The notes under the pieces were generated by a model. The model did no database searches and was not told the DNA's origin. It saw only the letters and a list, made by a program, of their open reading frames with translations. Of a stretch of DNA of 64,000 nucleotides, positions 1 through 9,068 are shown piece after piece (within the stretch, counting starts at the first letter, position 1; each line of letters starts with the position of its first letter). The stretch is taken from IMG/VR virus record IMGVR_UViG_3300025732_000019; one strand, given 5' to 3'. The DNA comes from a virus. The translations under genes were made by a program, and so were the position numbers.

Positions 1-1
1 C

Positions 2-508
2 GGACGTTGGTTGGTTCTGGGCCAATCGCGCTGTGAACGATATCCTACCGGAAGGAATTATCGTACAAAATGGTTGTGTCGCTGTGATTGTGGTACTGAA
101 AAATGGATAACTAAGGAAAGCCTTACAAAAGGAAAAAGTAAGGGATGCTATTCCTGTTCGGTCGAAAATAGTTTCGGAGAAAACAATCCCAATTGGAAGG
201 GAGACGGGGTTGTATCTGGTTCATATTGGTATCGTATGATACATAGTGCGGAATATCGAAACATCGAAGTTTCCGTAAGCATTGAAAATTTGAACGAGAT
301 ATGGACGGGTTATTGTGTTTTAACCGGATGGCCTATTTCAACCGAAGATGGAACCGCATCCCTCGACAGGATCGACAGCGATGCGGGATATGTGCCCGGT
401 AACATTCAATGGGTTCATAAAGACGTCAACATGATGAAAAATCACTTTCCCGAATCACGGTTCATCGAAGTATGCCAAGCGGTAAATGTGCACCTCACCA
501 AACCCTAA
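2..508 (+). CDS. HNH-type (homing) endonuclease, probably 5'-truncated by the window edge
   Basis: WLCRCDCG...GCYSC Cys motif and SLDRIDSDAGYVPGNIQWVHKDVNMMK beta-beta-alpha-Me motif; frame is open back to position 2. Confidence 0.75.
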   Translation, partial: GRWLVLGQSRCERYPTGRNYRTKWLCRCDCGTEKWITKESLTKGKSKGCYSCSVENSFGENNPNWKGDGVVSGSYWYRMIHSAEYRNIEVSVSIENLNEIWTGYCVLTGWPISTEDGTASLDRIDSDAGYVPGNIQWVHKDVNMMKNHFPESRFIEVCQAVNVHLTKP

Positions 509-511
509 ATA
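505..511 (+). promoter_or_regulatory. Late (gp55-type) promoter CTAAATA
   Basis: Same heptamer precedes many structural genes; AGGAG RBS follows before 536. Confidence 0.55.
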
Positions 512-535
512 TCTCTATGTTCCAAGGAGAGATAC

Positions 536-742
536 ATGGCTAAGAAAAGTATCACCATCGATTGCCCACAGTGCATGAACACATGCACTGTGCATGGCCA
601 GAATGCAGAACTCTCACAGTTTTGCCCGTTCTGTGGTGAAGTGTTTGTTGCGGCATATGATGACGATGATGACGATGAATCATACGGTGCAGATTTTGAT
701 GATGATGATTACCGCTCACTTGCGGATGATGACGAAGAATAA
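536..742 (+). CDS. Small Zn-ribbon protein with acidic tail
   Basis: CPQC...CPFCG, poly-Asp C-terminus, AAGGAG RBS. Confidence 0.65.
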   Translation: MAKKSITIDCPQCMNTCTVHGQNAELSQFCPFCGEVFVAAYDDDDDDESYGADFDDDDYRSLADDDEE

Positions 743-745
743 CGC

Positions 746-1300
746 ATGACTGTTGGAATTGATTATAGTATGCAGGCACCTGCGGCGTGTGTCTTCTCGG
801 AGACGCCGCAATTCTGGTGCGCGAGTCAACGCTCGTTTCCAACCTTGCCATCCCTCACCACGACAACGATTTCTGTTACCGAAGTCGTTCCACGTGCGGA
901 ACAGATGGCACAAGCGTTGATTCAATGGTTACAGCATTATCCAGATGTTCGTACCGTGTATATTGAAGACTATGCCTACAATGCAACTGGGCGCGTCTTT
1001 CATATCGGTGAACATGCAGGCATCCTCAAATATCTTTTGTGGTTGTCTCGCTACGATATCGTCGCGGTTCCGCCTACCGTCATTAAGAAGTTTGCGACCG
1101 GTAAGGGGAATGCCGATAAGAATCGTATGACGAGTGCATTCATGAAAGAATACCCCGAGGCGCATCGCTGGCAAGCCACATTCTTCCCTCGCACGGCTGC
1201 CACTGCGTCTGTTGCCAAATCCCCTCTTTCTGATTTGGCGGATGCTTACTGGATTGCCAAGTATGCGAAAGCATACATTGACAAGACAACAGTAAAATAG
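746..1300 (+). CDS. RuvC-like Holliday junction resolvase / endonuclease
   Basis: GIDYS, IEDY, PTVIKKFATGKGNADK and DLADAY motifs of the RuvC fold. Confidence 0.8.
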   Translation: MTVGIDYSMQAPAACVFSETPQFWCASQRSFPTLPSLTTTTISVTEVVPRAEQMAQALIQWLQHYPDVRTVYIEDYAYNATGRVFHIGEHAGILKYLLWLSRYDIVAVPPTVIKKFATGKGNADKNRMTSAFMKEYPEAHRWQATFFPRTAATASVAKSPLSDLADAYWIAKYAKAYIDKTTVK

Positions 1301-1306
1301 TATAAT
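1278..1306 (+). promoter_or_regulatory. Consensus sigma70 early promoter
   Basis: TTGACA-17 nt-TATAAT, then AGGAGG RBS before ATG 1329. Confidence 0.85.
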
Positions 1307-1328
1307 CTTAACCAAATTAGGAGGTTAT

Positions 1329-2720
1329 ATGAAGAGTCTGCTACGACTCGTCGCGCTGACATTGGCGCTATGGATAGTGTATTCGCTACTCACGTTTGCA
1401 GCATCGACTGAACAGGTATTGCGCGAAACCATAAATGGCATCGATGCGCGTTCAGCTATTGTCTTGAACGTGCAGACGGGTGATATTGTGTGGGAGCAGA
1501 ATGCACACGCGGTATTTCCGATTGCGAGTCTGACGAAATTGATGACCGCAGCAGTGGTGATCGACGAACAACTCCCGCTGGATCGGATGACGACGGTGAC
1601 GGTCGCAGACGTCAAATCCGCTTCGGTTACGTATTTGCGGCCGCGTGATACCGTCTCTGTAGAAACACTGATGTATCTCATGATGGTTGGCTCCGACAAT
1701 GCGGCCGCACGTATTCTCGGTCGACTTGTCGCGCAAAACACGTGGCGGTTTAGTCAAAAAATGAATACCTTAGCGAATGCGTTGGGTATGGAACGTGCAA
1801 CGTACGTAGAACCTTCCGGTCTTTTAAGCGGAAATCAAGCGTCGGCCGCGGATCTGGTGCAACTGTTGGTTCACGTGCAGCGACAGAGCGAATCGTTTCT
1901 ACACCACTTATTGAACACACGCATCTATCAAACGCGCATTGGAAAACGCACAGTTGTCGTCAGTAATACCAATCGGTATCTCAACGATCATTTTCTGGCA
2001 ACAAAAACTGGATACACCGCCGCAGCCAAATATTGCCTTGCGTTCATGTTCACCGCAGAGAACGGGCAGCAATATGCTGTGGTGATTCTCGGCGCGCCGT
2101 CGAGTTTGACACGATTTGAGATTAGTCAGCAAGTGTACGATATCTTGAACGAGACAGAAACAGAATCCACCAACATCGATGCGTGTGGGTTTCAGCCGAA
2201 AGCGATCAGTGAATCCGGTAAGACATTTATTCGCAGATTTGAATCGTTGCGACTGACGCCCTACTACGATCATATTGGTTATGCAGTCGGATATGGTATG
2301 CACACGTGGCAAGGCCAATCCGTAACGCGACGATTCCCGTTCGCAATTACGCCAATGGATGTCGAACAAGAGTTTGACGCACAATTGACGAAATACACAC
2401 AGGTGGTGAAAAGCAGCGTGTGCGCACCATTGTCGCAACCGATGATGGATTCGCTCGTCAGTATTGCGTGGAACCTTGGTCGCGTCAATACATCGATTGT
2501 CAACAAGTTCGAACGAAATCGCCCGTTGACCGCGATTGATTTCTTGACAACCGCCACAGTAAAACGCCGACAGACAGATGCACTCGTCAATCGTCGTTTG
2601 CGCGAATATCTGATGTTTACGGGCGATTACGATACTGCATTGGAGCGCAATACGAATCACAGTCTTCGTGCCGCAGTCAAGGGATTGCGCGTGGAAGTAT
2701 ATGATAACTCAATGATGTGA
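1329..2720 (+). CDS. Exported D-Ala-D-Ala peptidase (peptidase S11/PBP7-like) fused to C-terminal GH24 lysozyme-like domain
   Basis: N-terminal signal/TM; PBP motifs SLTK, SDN, KTG; C-terminal FIRRFESLRLTPYYD..GYAVGYG, SIAWNLG, LVNRRLRE phage-lysozyme motifs. Confidence 0.8.
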   Translation: MKSLLRLVALTLALWIVYSLLTFAASTEQVLRETINGIDARSAIVLNVQTGDIVWEQNAHAVFPIASLTKLMTAAVVIDEQLPLDRMTTVTVADVKSASVTYLRPRDTVSVETLMYLMMVGSDNAAARILGRLVAQNTWRFSQKMNTLANALGMERATYVEPSGLLSGNQASAADLVQLLVHVQRQSESFLHHLLNTRIYQTRIGKRTVVVSNTNRYLNDHFLATKTGYTAAAKYCLAFMFTAENGQQYAVVILGAPSSLTRFEISQQVYDILNETETESTNIDACGFQPKAISESGKTFIRRFESLRLTPYYDHIGYAVGYGMHTWQGQSVTRRFPFAITPMDVEQEFDAQLTKYTQVVKSSVCAPLSQPMMDSLVSIAWNLGRVNTSIVNKFERNRPLTAIDFLTTATVKRRQTDALVNRRLREYLMFTGDYDTALERNTNHSLRAAVKGLRVEVYDNSMM

Positions 2721-2732
2721 GATAATGCGCAT

Positions 2733-3302
2733 ATGAATATTTTTGTTCTTGACGAAAATCCAAAAGTTGCCGCACAGATGCATTGTGATAAGCATGTGTG
2801 CAAGATGTCTATCGAATACGCACAGTTGCTTTCGACAGCGCATCATATTCATAATACAGATATTGCGCAAACAGGCCATATCTACAAACCGACACATGCA
2901 AAGCATCCTGCGACATTGTGGGTATCCGCGCATCCATTGCACTATGCATGGGTCTTTGAACTCATGCGTGAAACGTGGAACGAATACACATATCGGTATC
3001 AGCGTGTGCATGCGTCAAGTCGTTTGCTGTCGGCACTTCAGATTGTACCCAATATGGGAACGATTGAAATGCCAACAGCACCCCCTCAGTGTATGCCAAA
3101 TGCGTGTAAGATATCCGGCAATTCTTGGCAAGCAACGGCTACCGCATACCGGCAATATTATATGATCGAAAAACGTGCATTTGCCACGTGGAAGACACGC
3201 GAGATTCCCACGTGGTTTATGCCACAAAATTGTGTTGACTCATTACCCATGTCGCAGTATAATATTTCTCATGAAACGAAATTCTCGTCATTGGGCAGAT
3301 AA
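2733..3302 (+). CDS. Pyrimidine dimer DNA glycosylase (DenV-like family)
   Basis: MNIFVLD...HCDKHVCKM..EYAQLLSTAH, YKPTH.KHP, PPQCMP, AYRQYY..EK signature. Confidence 0.7.
   Translation: MNIFVLDENPKVAAQMHCDKHVCKMSIEYAQLLSTAHHIHNTDIAQTGHIYKPTHAKHPATLWVSAHPLHYAWVFELMRETWNEYTYRYQRVHASSRLLSALQIVPNMGTIEMPTAPPQCMPNACKISGNSWQATATAYRQYYMIEKRAFATWKTREIPTWFMPQNCVDSLPMSQYNISHETKFSSLGR
3235..3263 (+). promoter_or_regulatory. sigma70 early promoter
   Basis: TTGACT-17 nt-TATAAT, 7 nt before ATG 3271. Confidence 0.75.
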
Positions 3303-3540
3303 ACTCACCGCTAAAGACATTCATCGCATCATCAAACACTTCGAAGAGTGTGAAGCGTATGCAAAACCGTTAGCAGATAAGAAACGGGAACTGTGGATAA
3401 TTGCACAGAAACGTGCGGCGTACATGCAAGAATTTTGGCGCAATATGCTTGTTGTGCAGCAAAACAATGAATCTATCGTACCGCATCTTCGCACTCTGCG
3501 AAATATCACGTGGTGCGCTGACGAACGTACGGAATCGTGA
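3271..3540 (+). CDS. Hypothetical protein (probably leaderless)
   Basis: ATG directly after the promoter; protein-like composition. Confidence 0.55.
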   Translation: MKRNSRHWADKLTAKDIHRIIKHFEECEAYAKPLADKKRELWIIAQKRAAYMQEFWRNMLVVQQNNESIVPHLRTLRNITWCADERTES

Positions 3541-3569
3541 GCAGCAACGTGGAATTAATGACGAATAAC

Positions 3570-3654
3570 GGAGAGGAGCCCAACGGTCGGGAAGCAGTCT
3601 TGAAAACTGTCGCCGGTAATACGGTAGCAGGTTCGAATCCTGTCCTCTCCGCCA
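3570..3654 (+). tRNA. tRNA-Ser (anticodon TGA)
   Basis: GGAGAGG/CCTCTCC acceptor + GCCA; anticodon arm GCAGT-CTTGAAA-ACTGT; long variable arm; GGTTCGAATCC T loop. Confidence 0.9.
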
Positions 3655-3670
3655 TTTTCATGAGGAATAT

Positions 3671-4180
3671 ATGAGTCTACGCAAACCCATTGCATTTAGT
3701 TCATTCGGTGGGTATCGTCGATTTACGCGATATTGGTGGAATGATATTTTTTGGTATCTGACGGGAATAACATTCTATTCATTTGAATGGACATTTGATT
3801 ATGGTCTGCCAGGATGGTGCCGAGATATTCATGCATATTGGCATCGTGCACGATATGGCTGGGCACCACGAGATACGTGGAGCCTCGATGGGTATCTTAA
3901 TCAAACATTGGCAGGGTCATTAGAATATTTGTCGGAACATACGCATGGATGCCCCGCCGCATATATCTCCGCAGAAGAGTCTGTTGACGCGGATTGTGAT
4001 CGATGGGAGGCGGATCTTCGTCGGTGGGCGTTAGCATTCAGTGAAGACCCGCAGGATGTGGATATTTTTGATGCCGAACACGGATATGCTCGGCACAATG
4101 CGGAAGAAAAGCGCCGGCGGCATAACCTGCATCAGGCGCTAAAAGAAATTGAACCAATGTGGGAGGCATTATGGGATTAG
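3671..4180 (+). CDS. Hypothetical phage protein
   Basis: GAGGA RBS; Trp-rich ORF packed with its neighbours. Confidence 0.7.
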   Translation: MSLRKPIAFSSFGGYRRFTRYWWNDIFWYLTGITFYSFEWTFDYGLPGWCRDIHAYWHRARYGWAPRDTWSLDGYLNQTLAGSLEYLSEHTHGCPAAYISAEESVDADCDRWEADLRRWALAFSEDPQDVDIFDAEHGYARHNAEEKRRRHNLHQALKEIEPMWEALWD

Positions 4181-4443
4181 CAAAAAAGAAACTGTATCTC
4201 ATTGAAACTACGTCGTCATTTCGACTTCGCTATCTCGTCGAAGCCGACTCTATGCAAGCCGCTGAAGATGAGGTAACGTCTGAACGTGCTGTAGAATGGC
4301 AGCAGAAACATCTTGGTGAATCGATTGATGGTGTCGAGGTTGTCACCCTGCGTCAACTGAAGACGGGCCGATATCACAAGGATAATAAGACGGATGGGTC
4401 GCATTGGGTGCCGGTTGAACGATTCATTCACAAAGGAAAGTAG
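4171..4443 (+). CDS. Hypothetical protein
   Basis: GGAGG RBS before ATG 4171. Confidence 0.65.
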   Translation: MGLAKKKLYLIETTSSFRLRYLVEADSMQAAEDEVTSERAVEWQQKHLGESIDGVEVVTLRQLKTGRYHKDNKTDGSHWVPVERFIHKGK

Positions 4444-4444
4444 T

Positions 4445-4762
4445 ATGAGTCGGCCAAACCTTGAACTTGATCTTCTTCGCAATATCGCACTCTGCGAACG
4501 AGTGCAGACTGACCGCGAATTTGCCAAATCGCTCTATGCGGCGTTGTGTAATATTGAGTTTCACCATCCTGAGTTGGATGAGCCGTGGGGTTGTACGTGG
4601 CGCTATGCGGGTGGGATTGTAGCCGATATGGAAAATAACGGCGGCGACTATATAGATTATTACTGCTCAGGCAACGAAGGTCATGTCACCGAGGAACTCC
4701 GCAGCATTTTTATGGAGATGGGGTGGGATCCTCAGCCATATCCCAAGATGAGCAACCAGTAA
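4445..4762 (+). CDS. Hypothetical phage protein
   Basis: LYAALCN...WRYAGGIVA...YIDYYCSGNEG; starts 1 nt after previous stop. Confidence 0.7.
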   Translation: MSRPNLELDLLRNIALCERVQTDREFAKSLYAALCNIEFHHPELDEPWGCTWRYAGGIVADMENNGGDYIDYYCSGNEGHVTEELRSIFMEMGWDPQPYPKMSNQ

Positions 4763-4766
4763 GCCT

Positions 4767-5009
4767 ATGCGTACATACGCACAAGAACTGGCCAGCGTCG
4801 TGCAGCAAGAACTACTTCCCCGACTAAAACGTTTGGGTGTAACGATTGATGGCTCTCCAATTACGCACGAAGATATGGCATTTTTAGTACATGCCAAGTT
4901 GCGCGGAGAGTTATCCCATCGGCAGCTTCGTACGATCATGGACGCAATGTGCGATCCAGAATTTCCCACGTTCGTGTCCAAAATGGAGACATCTGATCAT
5001 GAGCAATAA
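4767..5009 (+). CDS. Hypothetical protein
   Basis: Tight packing with flanking ORFs. Confidence 0.55.
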   Translation: MRTYAQELASVVQQELLPRLKRLGVTIDGSPITHEDMAFLVHAKLRGELSHRQLRTIMDAMCDPEFPTFVSKMETSDHEQ

Positions 5010-5301
5010 TAATCTTTATATCGTGCCCGAACAAAAAAAATCTTCTGAAACACAAACGCCATCCTCAGAAACACTGGTGATCGATACGTCGCCAAGCCGT
5101 GCGGCAGATCAGCCTGCGATTGAGACGCAGGAAGAGCGATTGCGCCGAGCAGAAGTGGCGGCTGCCAACATGCAGTATCTGCGACGAATGGTCGAACTTG
5201 CAGAACGGCAAGAACGTCGTGTCGTCATGAAGCAGAAGCGTAAAGCGAAGAACCGAGCCAAGAATAAAGTCGCTCGTCAGTCGCGCAAGCGTAATCGCTA
5301 A
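4999..5301 (+). CDS. Hypothetical protein with basic C-terminus
   Basis: GGAG RBS; ends KRKAKNRAKNKVARQSRKRNR. Confidence 0.6.
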   Translation: MSNNNLYIVPEQKKSSETQTPSSETLVIDTSPSRAADQPAIETQEERLRRAEVAAANMQYLRRMVELAERQERRVVMKQKRKAKNRAKNKVARQSRKRNR

Positions 5302-5317
5302 TACCTTACTAATCAAC

Positions 5318-5403
5318 GGGGGCGTGGCGTAATGGCAGCCGCGGAAGCCTTAAGAGCTTTTGTTCGCAAGAACGTGGGGGTTCGAGTCCCTCCGCCCCTA
5401 CCA
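5318..5403 (+). tRNA. tRNA-Leu (anticodon TAA)
   Basis: GGGGGCG/CGCCCCT-A-CCA acceptor; GAAGC-CTTAAGA-GCTTT anticodon arm; variable arm; GGTTCGAGTCC. Confidence 0.9.
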
Positions 5404-5415
5404 CCATTTTTCATC

Positions 5416-5488
5416 GGGGTTGTAGTTCAGTTGGTTAGAACGCAGCACTGTCACTGCTGAGGCCGCGAGTCCAGTCGCGGGCACCACC
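5416..5488 (+). pseudogene. Degenerate tRNA-Asp (GTC)
   Basis: Intact 5' half (GGGGTTGTAGTTCAGTTGGTTAGAAC; CAGCA-CTGTCAC-TGCTG), but no TTCG T loop and no complementary CAACCCC acceptor strand. Confidence 0.7.
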
Positions 5489-5495
5489 GTCGTAG

Positions 5496-5544
5496 CGTCT
5501 CAGATATGAAACCGTAACATACATAGTGTCTCATATCTGAGACG
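5496..5544. repeat. 14-bp perfect inverted repeat (long hairpin)
   Basis: CGTCTCAGATATGA (5496-5509) / TCATATCTGAGACG (5531-5544). Confidence 0.85.
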
Positions 5545-5609
5545 TTAGTATTCAATGTCATACATTTACGTCATTTTCAAACTCCTATATAGTATCAGTA
5601 ACCTTTTTC

Positions 5610-6536
5610 ATGGAGTTTGACATGGCGTTATCTGTTCGTGAACAATCGTTCTTGCTCGTTGCGGCCGTTGCTCTCGGTATTACACTCGGTGTTCTTGTGC
5701 GCCCTGCACCGTCAGGTTCAGATCTGAATGTCACATTAGCGCATCCAGCCCCAAACGTTGCCACACTACAAGTGCCTGTGCCTGTCGTCACCGAAAAAGT
5801 GGTGAAAGAGTACGTGCGTGTGGAAGACCGCGCGGCGCTGACGGCATTGATCGAAGAAAACCGAAAACTCAAAGTGCAGGTGCAAGAACTAAGCGTCACC
5901 GTGGCCGAATATCGCAGCGCAGGCACCGGCACTGCGACGGTGACACCGGCGACACCTGCGTCAGTAGAACCGGAACCCGTGCATGCGGAGTTTAAGGATT
6001 GGCGACTGGCATTTACATTGAATGGCACCGATGCTAACTACACGTTGACACAGAAGTTTGTCATTCTCAACACCGTAGGAAAGAACAAGAAGAATGTGCC
6101 AACGCAACTCATTCGATTGTATGAGGTGGGCCCCGATGAGCAGCGAACCCCCATTCCAACGGTCGAAACCACCACTATTGCCGCAACCGAAAATCTTCCC
6201 CATACGTTTTCACATATTACGGTACAAGCGGGGTTAGGTGCAACATTTTCGACGACAGGAACCACATCTTCGACACGTGCAGGAGTCGTGGCCGTCACGT
6301 GGTTACAACGAGGTCGTTCTATTGCTACGGCAGACACTCGTTGGTCGTACCTTGCGCCAGCCGTGGCGCTGACGAACACCGAGAAGATTATTGGTATTGT
6401 TCCCATTGCGTTCAATCTTGGTAGCCTACCCAAACAGCCATTTACCAATGTCTGGATCTCTCCGTTTGTTGGAACCACAGATATTGCTATTCCGCGAGTG
6501 ACGCGATTCGGAATATTTGGAACAGCAACATTTTAG
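5610..6536 (+). CDS. Membrane-anchored hypothetical protein (TM + coiled coil + beta-rich C-terminus); start may be 5622
   Basis: Hydrophobic N-terminal helix, heptad segment, terminal FGIFGTATF; GGAG precedes ATG 5622. Confidence 0.65.
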   Translation: MEFDMALSVREQSFLLVAAVALGITLGVLVRPAPSGSDLNVTLAHPAPNVATLQVPVPVVTEKVVKEYVRVEDRAALTALIEENRKLKVQVQELSVTVAEYRSAGTGTATVTPATPASVEPEPVHAEFKDWRLAFTLNGTDANYTLTQKFVILNTVGKNKKNVPTQLIRLYEVGPDEQRTPIPTVETTTIAATENLPHTFSHITVQAGLGATFSTTGTTSSTRAGVVAVTWLQRGRSIATADTRWSYLAPAVALTNTEKIIGIVPIAFNLGSLPKQPFTNVWISPFVGTTDIAIPRVTRFGIFGTATF

Positions 6537-6537
6537 G

Positions 6538-6566
6538 TTGACGTGCGCATCAACAGATCGTATAAT
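6538..6566 (+). promoter_or_regulatory. sigma70 early promoter
   Basis: TTGACG-17 nt-TATAAT, 8 nt before ATG 6575. Confidence 0.8.
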
Positions 6567-6574
6567 ATACAACT

Positions 6575-6970
6575 ATGAAGTCAAACACATCATCTCAACC
6601 GGCATGGTGTTGCCTTACGTGCGGCACTAAGTTTGGACGCTGGTACGTATCGGGCACATATACCGGCCCTGTTGGGCACCTCGCAACATGGCATCCCGGT
6701 ACCTGCGGCGTCTGTGGCTATGGACGTGAGGTTACGGAACCTCGCGACTTCGGATACCTCATTCCTGCATGGAACAAAAACCTTCACTTCCGCCTTCGGC
6801 CAAGAGCAAACAAACTCTCCAAGTTTGGCAAGCTACCTCGCAAAGCTGCTAAAGCCCACGAAACACGCAGAAAAAACAAAGCTCGAAAGCGTATGCTCAA
6901 AAAGATTGATGATGCGGTTCGTGCACGGCATAATGCGTTTGACCCGACGCCGCGCCTACGAAAAGCGTAA
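6575..6970 (+). CDS. Zn-finger protein with basic tail
   Basis: CCLTCG...GTCGVCG; K/R-rich C-terminal half. Confidence 0.6.
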   Translation: MKSNTSSQPAWCCLTCGTKFGRWYVSGTYTGPVGHLATWHPGTCGVCGYGREVTEPRDFGYLIPAWNKNLHFRLRPRANKLSKFGKLPRKAAKAHETRRKNKARKRMLKKIDDAVRARHNAFDPTPRLRKA

Positions 6971-7026
6971 GTGCGCTACAATATACGTTGTCACGTCTGT
7001 TTGATACATAGTTGAGGTAATACACA

Positions 7027-7218
7027 ATGCCACGATGGGATTTTCAATGTGAACAGTGCCGGTGCGTTATGGAGATCAGTTTTTCGTCATACGCTGCATC
7101 GGAAACGGCCACATGCCCGACGTGTCACTCTCCCCTTCGACGTCTTCCGAGCACCGCAGTTTTTACCATTCATGGATACAACGCAAAAAACCTCTATTCG
7201 ATCAAAGGAAAATCATGA
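7027..7218 (+). CDS. FmdB-family zinc ribbon protein
   Basis: MPRWDFQCEQC...CPTC...RLPS pattern; GAGGT RBS. Confidence 0.75.
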   Translation: MPRWDFQCEQCRCVMEISFSSYAASETATCPTCHSPLRRLPSTAVFTIHGYNAKNLYSIKGKS

Positions 7219-8165
7219 GCACAAACGCTAAAGGCGGCACAGAACTGATCTGCGCCAATCTTCACGCAGCACTTCCGGAATTAACCAGTCAGGTGCAGAT
7301 CATCATGTCGCGCCCAGAACAGGTGACGCTAGAAGACAAACCGCGTATTCTGTGGTTGCAAGATCTACCACAAGACCCTGCTAGTGCATGCCTTCGCGAT
7401 AAATCGTATCGCACACAGTTCAATCGTATTGTGTTCTGCTCACATTGGCAGCAACAGCAGTATCAACAGTATTTGGGCATTCCGTATGCAGAAGGCGTTG
7501 TCATCAAGAATGCGGTGCCGTTTCGTGAAGCGCAGTTTCCAAAGCCGCGCACGGAGAACAAGCTCAAGTTTATCTACACTTCGACGCCACATCGTGGATT
7601 AGCGGTTCTTGCGGCGGCCGCAGAAGCCCTCTCCAAGATTCGTCAGGATTGGGAACTGCATGTCTACTCCTCATTCAAGATCTACGGATGGGAAGGAGCG
7701 GATGCCCAGTTTGAACCACTCTACACGTTGCTGAAGAATAATCCCTGCGTCGTCTATCACGGCACACAGCCGAATGATGTCGTGCGTGACGCGTTGCAGT
7801 CATCTCATGTGTTTGTCTATCCGTCAATCTATGCGGAAACCTCATGCATGGCGATTCAGGAAGCCCTCATGTCTGGCTGTCTCGCGATCACCTCAAACTT
7901 TGGTGCGCTGCCAGAAACGTGCGCAGAGTGGGCATGGATGTTCCCGTTCGACGAACGGCCGGAACTCATGATTCATCGCACGTTAGCTGGCATGCAGCGC
8001 GCCTTGGAATCTTACGATGAACCGCTGATGCAGGAACAACTGCGTGTGCAGAGTCTCTACTATCAGCAGTTCTATGCGTTTGAAGGCCGAGTGCCGACAT
8101 GGAAGCGATTGCTGGAAATGGTCATTGAAGAAGGCACGCCGGTGCAGAAGCTGGTTATTGAATAA
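7215..8165 (+). CDS. Glycosyltransferase, GT4/GT-B family
   Basis: GGTE N-terminus, YTSTPHRGL, YPSIYAETSCMAIQEA (ExxxxxxxE); AAGGA RBS, ATGA overlap. Confidence 0.85.
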   Translation: MSTNAKGGTELICANLHAALPELTSQVQIIMSRPEQVTLEDKPRILWLQDLPQDPASACLRDKSYRTQFNRIVFCSHWQQQQYQQYLGIPYAEGVVIKNAVPFREAQFPKPRTENKLKFIYTSTPHRGLAVLAAAAEALSKIRQDWELHVYSSFKIYGWEGADAQFEPLYTLLKNNPCVVYHGTQPNDVVRDALQSSHVFVYPSIYAETSCMAIQEALMSGCLAITSNFGALPETCAEWAWMFPFDERPELMIHRTLAGMQRALESYDEPLMQEQLRVQSLYYQQFYAFEGRVPTWKRLLEMVIEEGTPVQKLVIE

Positions 8166-8410
8166 TGGCGCGAGTGATTCCCTTTCCGACGCCGGAGTCA
8201 ACACCAAACACCACAAATGTGGTGTTGACACGCGATGATCACAAAGAACGTCTTATTTCGGAAACGTCATTCTATTGTAAGCGATTGCTAGGATTTTATC
8301 GGTCAACCGGATTGTGGCACGACAAATGTAATCGCCCGATGGGCATGGCGATTCATTCGCTACAAGATGTCTGTAATCTCATGTTGGAGCAAGCACATGT
8401 TAAAGAATAA
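8165..8410 (+). CDS. Hypothetical protein
   Basis: TAATG coupling to the GT. Confidence 0.55.
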   Translation: MARVIPFPTPESTPNTTNVVLTRDDHKERLISETSFYCKRLLGFYRSTGLWHDKCNRPMGMAIHSLQDVCNLMLEQAHVKE

Positions 8411-8849
8411 AAACTTGGGTGAAGTCTTCGAACGTCAGCAGAAGTTGGTCAAAATTCCCGACAAAGTGGACAACTTACGGCAAAACGATACTCCCGGCAT
8501 GCGCTACATTTTGCAATTAGCGCATGCTGATGTAAAATGGTTGTTACCAGAAGGTGCACCACCGTACAAAGCGGATCCGGGCACACATGGATTGACGCCA
8601 TCGAACTTGTTTCGCGAACTACGAACGCTCTATTTGTTTCTCGACGGAGGCAATCCAACACTGACACGCTTGCGTCGTGAACAACTGTTTGTGCAACTAC
8701 TTGAACGTGTACATGTGTCTGAAGCAGAAATGTTGATTGCCTTGAAAGATAAGAAGTTTGTCAACAAGTATCGATGCCCTAAAAACGTGGTGGAAGAGGC
8801 GTTTCCGCAGTTGCTAGAACAACCATTTCAAATTCGGTTTATTCGGTAG
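8397..8849 (+). CDS. Conserved T4-like phage hypothetical protein
   Basis: WLLPEGAPPY...LYLFLDGGN...RREQLFVQLLE.VH..EAE pattern recalled from non-enteric T4-like phages. Confidence 0.7.
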   Translation: MLKNKNLGEVFERQQKLVKIPDKVDNLRQNDTPGMRYILQLAHADVKWLLPEGAPPYKADPGTHGLTPSNLFRELRTLYLFLDGGNPTLTRLRREQLFVQLLERVHVSEAEMLIALKDKKFVNKYRCPKNVVEEAFPQLLEQPFQIRFIR

Positions 8850-8864
8850 GAGAGGAACATCGTC

Positions 8865-9065
8865 ATGTCGAGAAGTTGGCAAGGAAAATACCGTGCTCGG
8901 GATTCCAAGAAAGTACAGAAGTCAAAGCGCAAACGAGAACCCAATGCCTACGACAGCAAGATTGTCAAACCGCCAACAAAAACTGAACTACGTAATACTT
9001 TGCAGCATGCTATCTTGACGCAAGACCATGAAGCATTTGAAGATTACGATGAATGGGAGTTCTAA
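8865..9065 (+). CDS. Hypothetical basic/acidic small protein
   Basis: GAGGA RBS; basic N-terminus, acidic C-terminus. Confidence 0.55.
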   Translation: MSRSWQGKYRARDSKKVQKSKRKREPNAYDSKIVKPPTKTELRNTLQHAILTQDHEAFEDYDEWEF

Positions 9066-9068
9066 TCG

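Noticed and set aside
3570-5403. Suppressor tRNAs / stop-codon recoding (anticodons read TGA and TAA)
   Set aside because: These are 5'-3' anticodons decoding UCA (Ser) and UUA (Leu); core genes end normally at TAA, TAG and TGA
7056-7214. Longer 369-aa start for the GT4
   Set aside because: Overlaps the FmdB-like gene; RBS and ATGA coupling support ATG 7215
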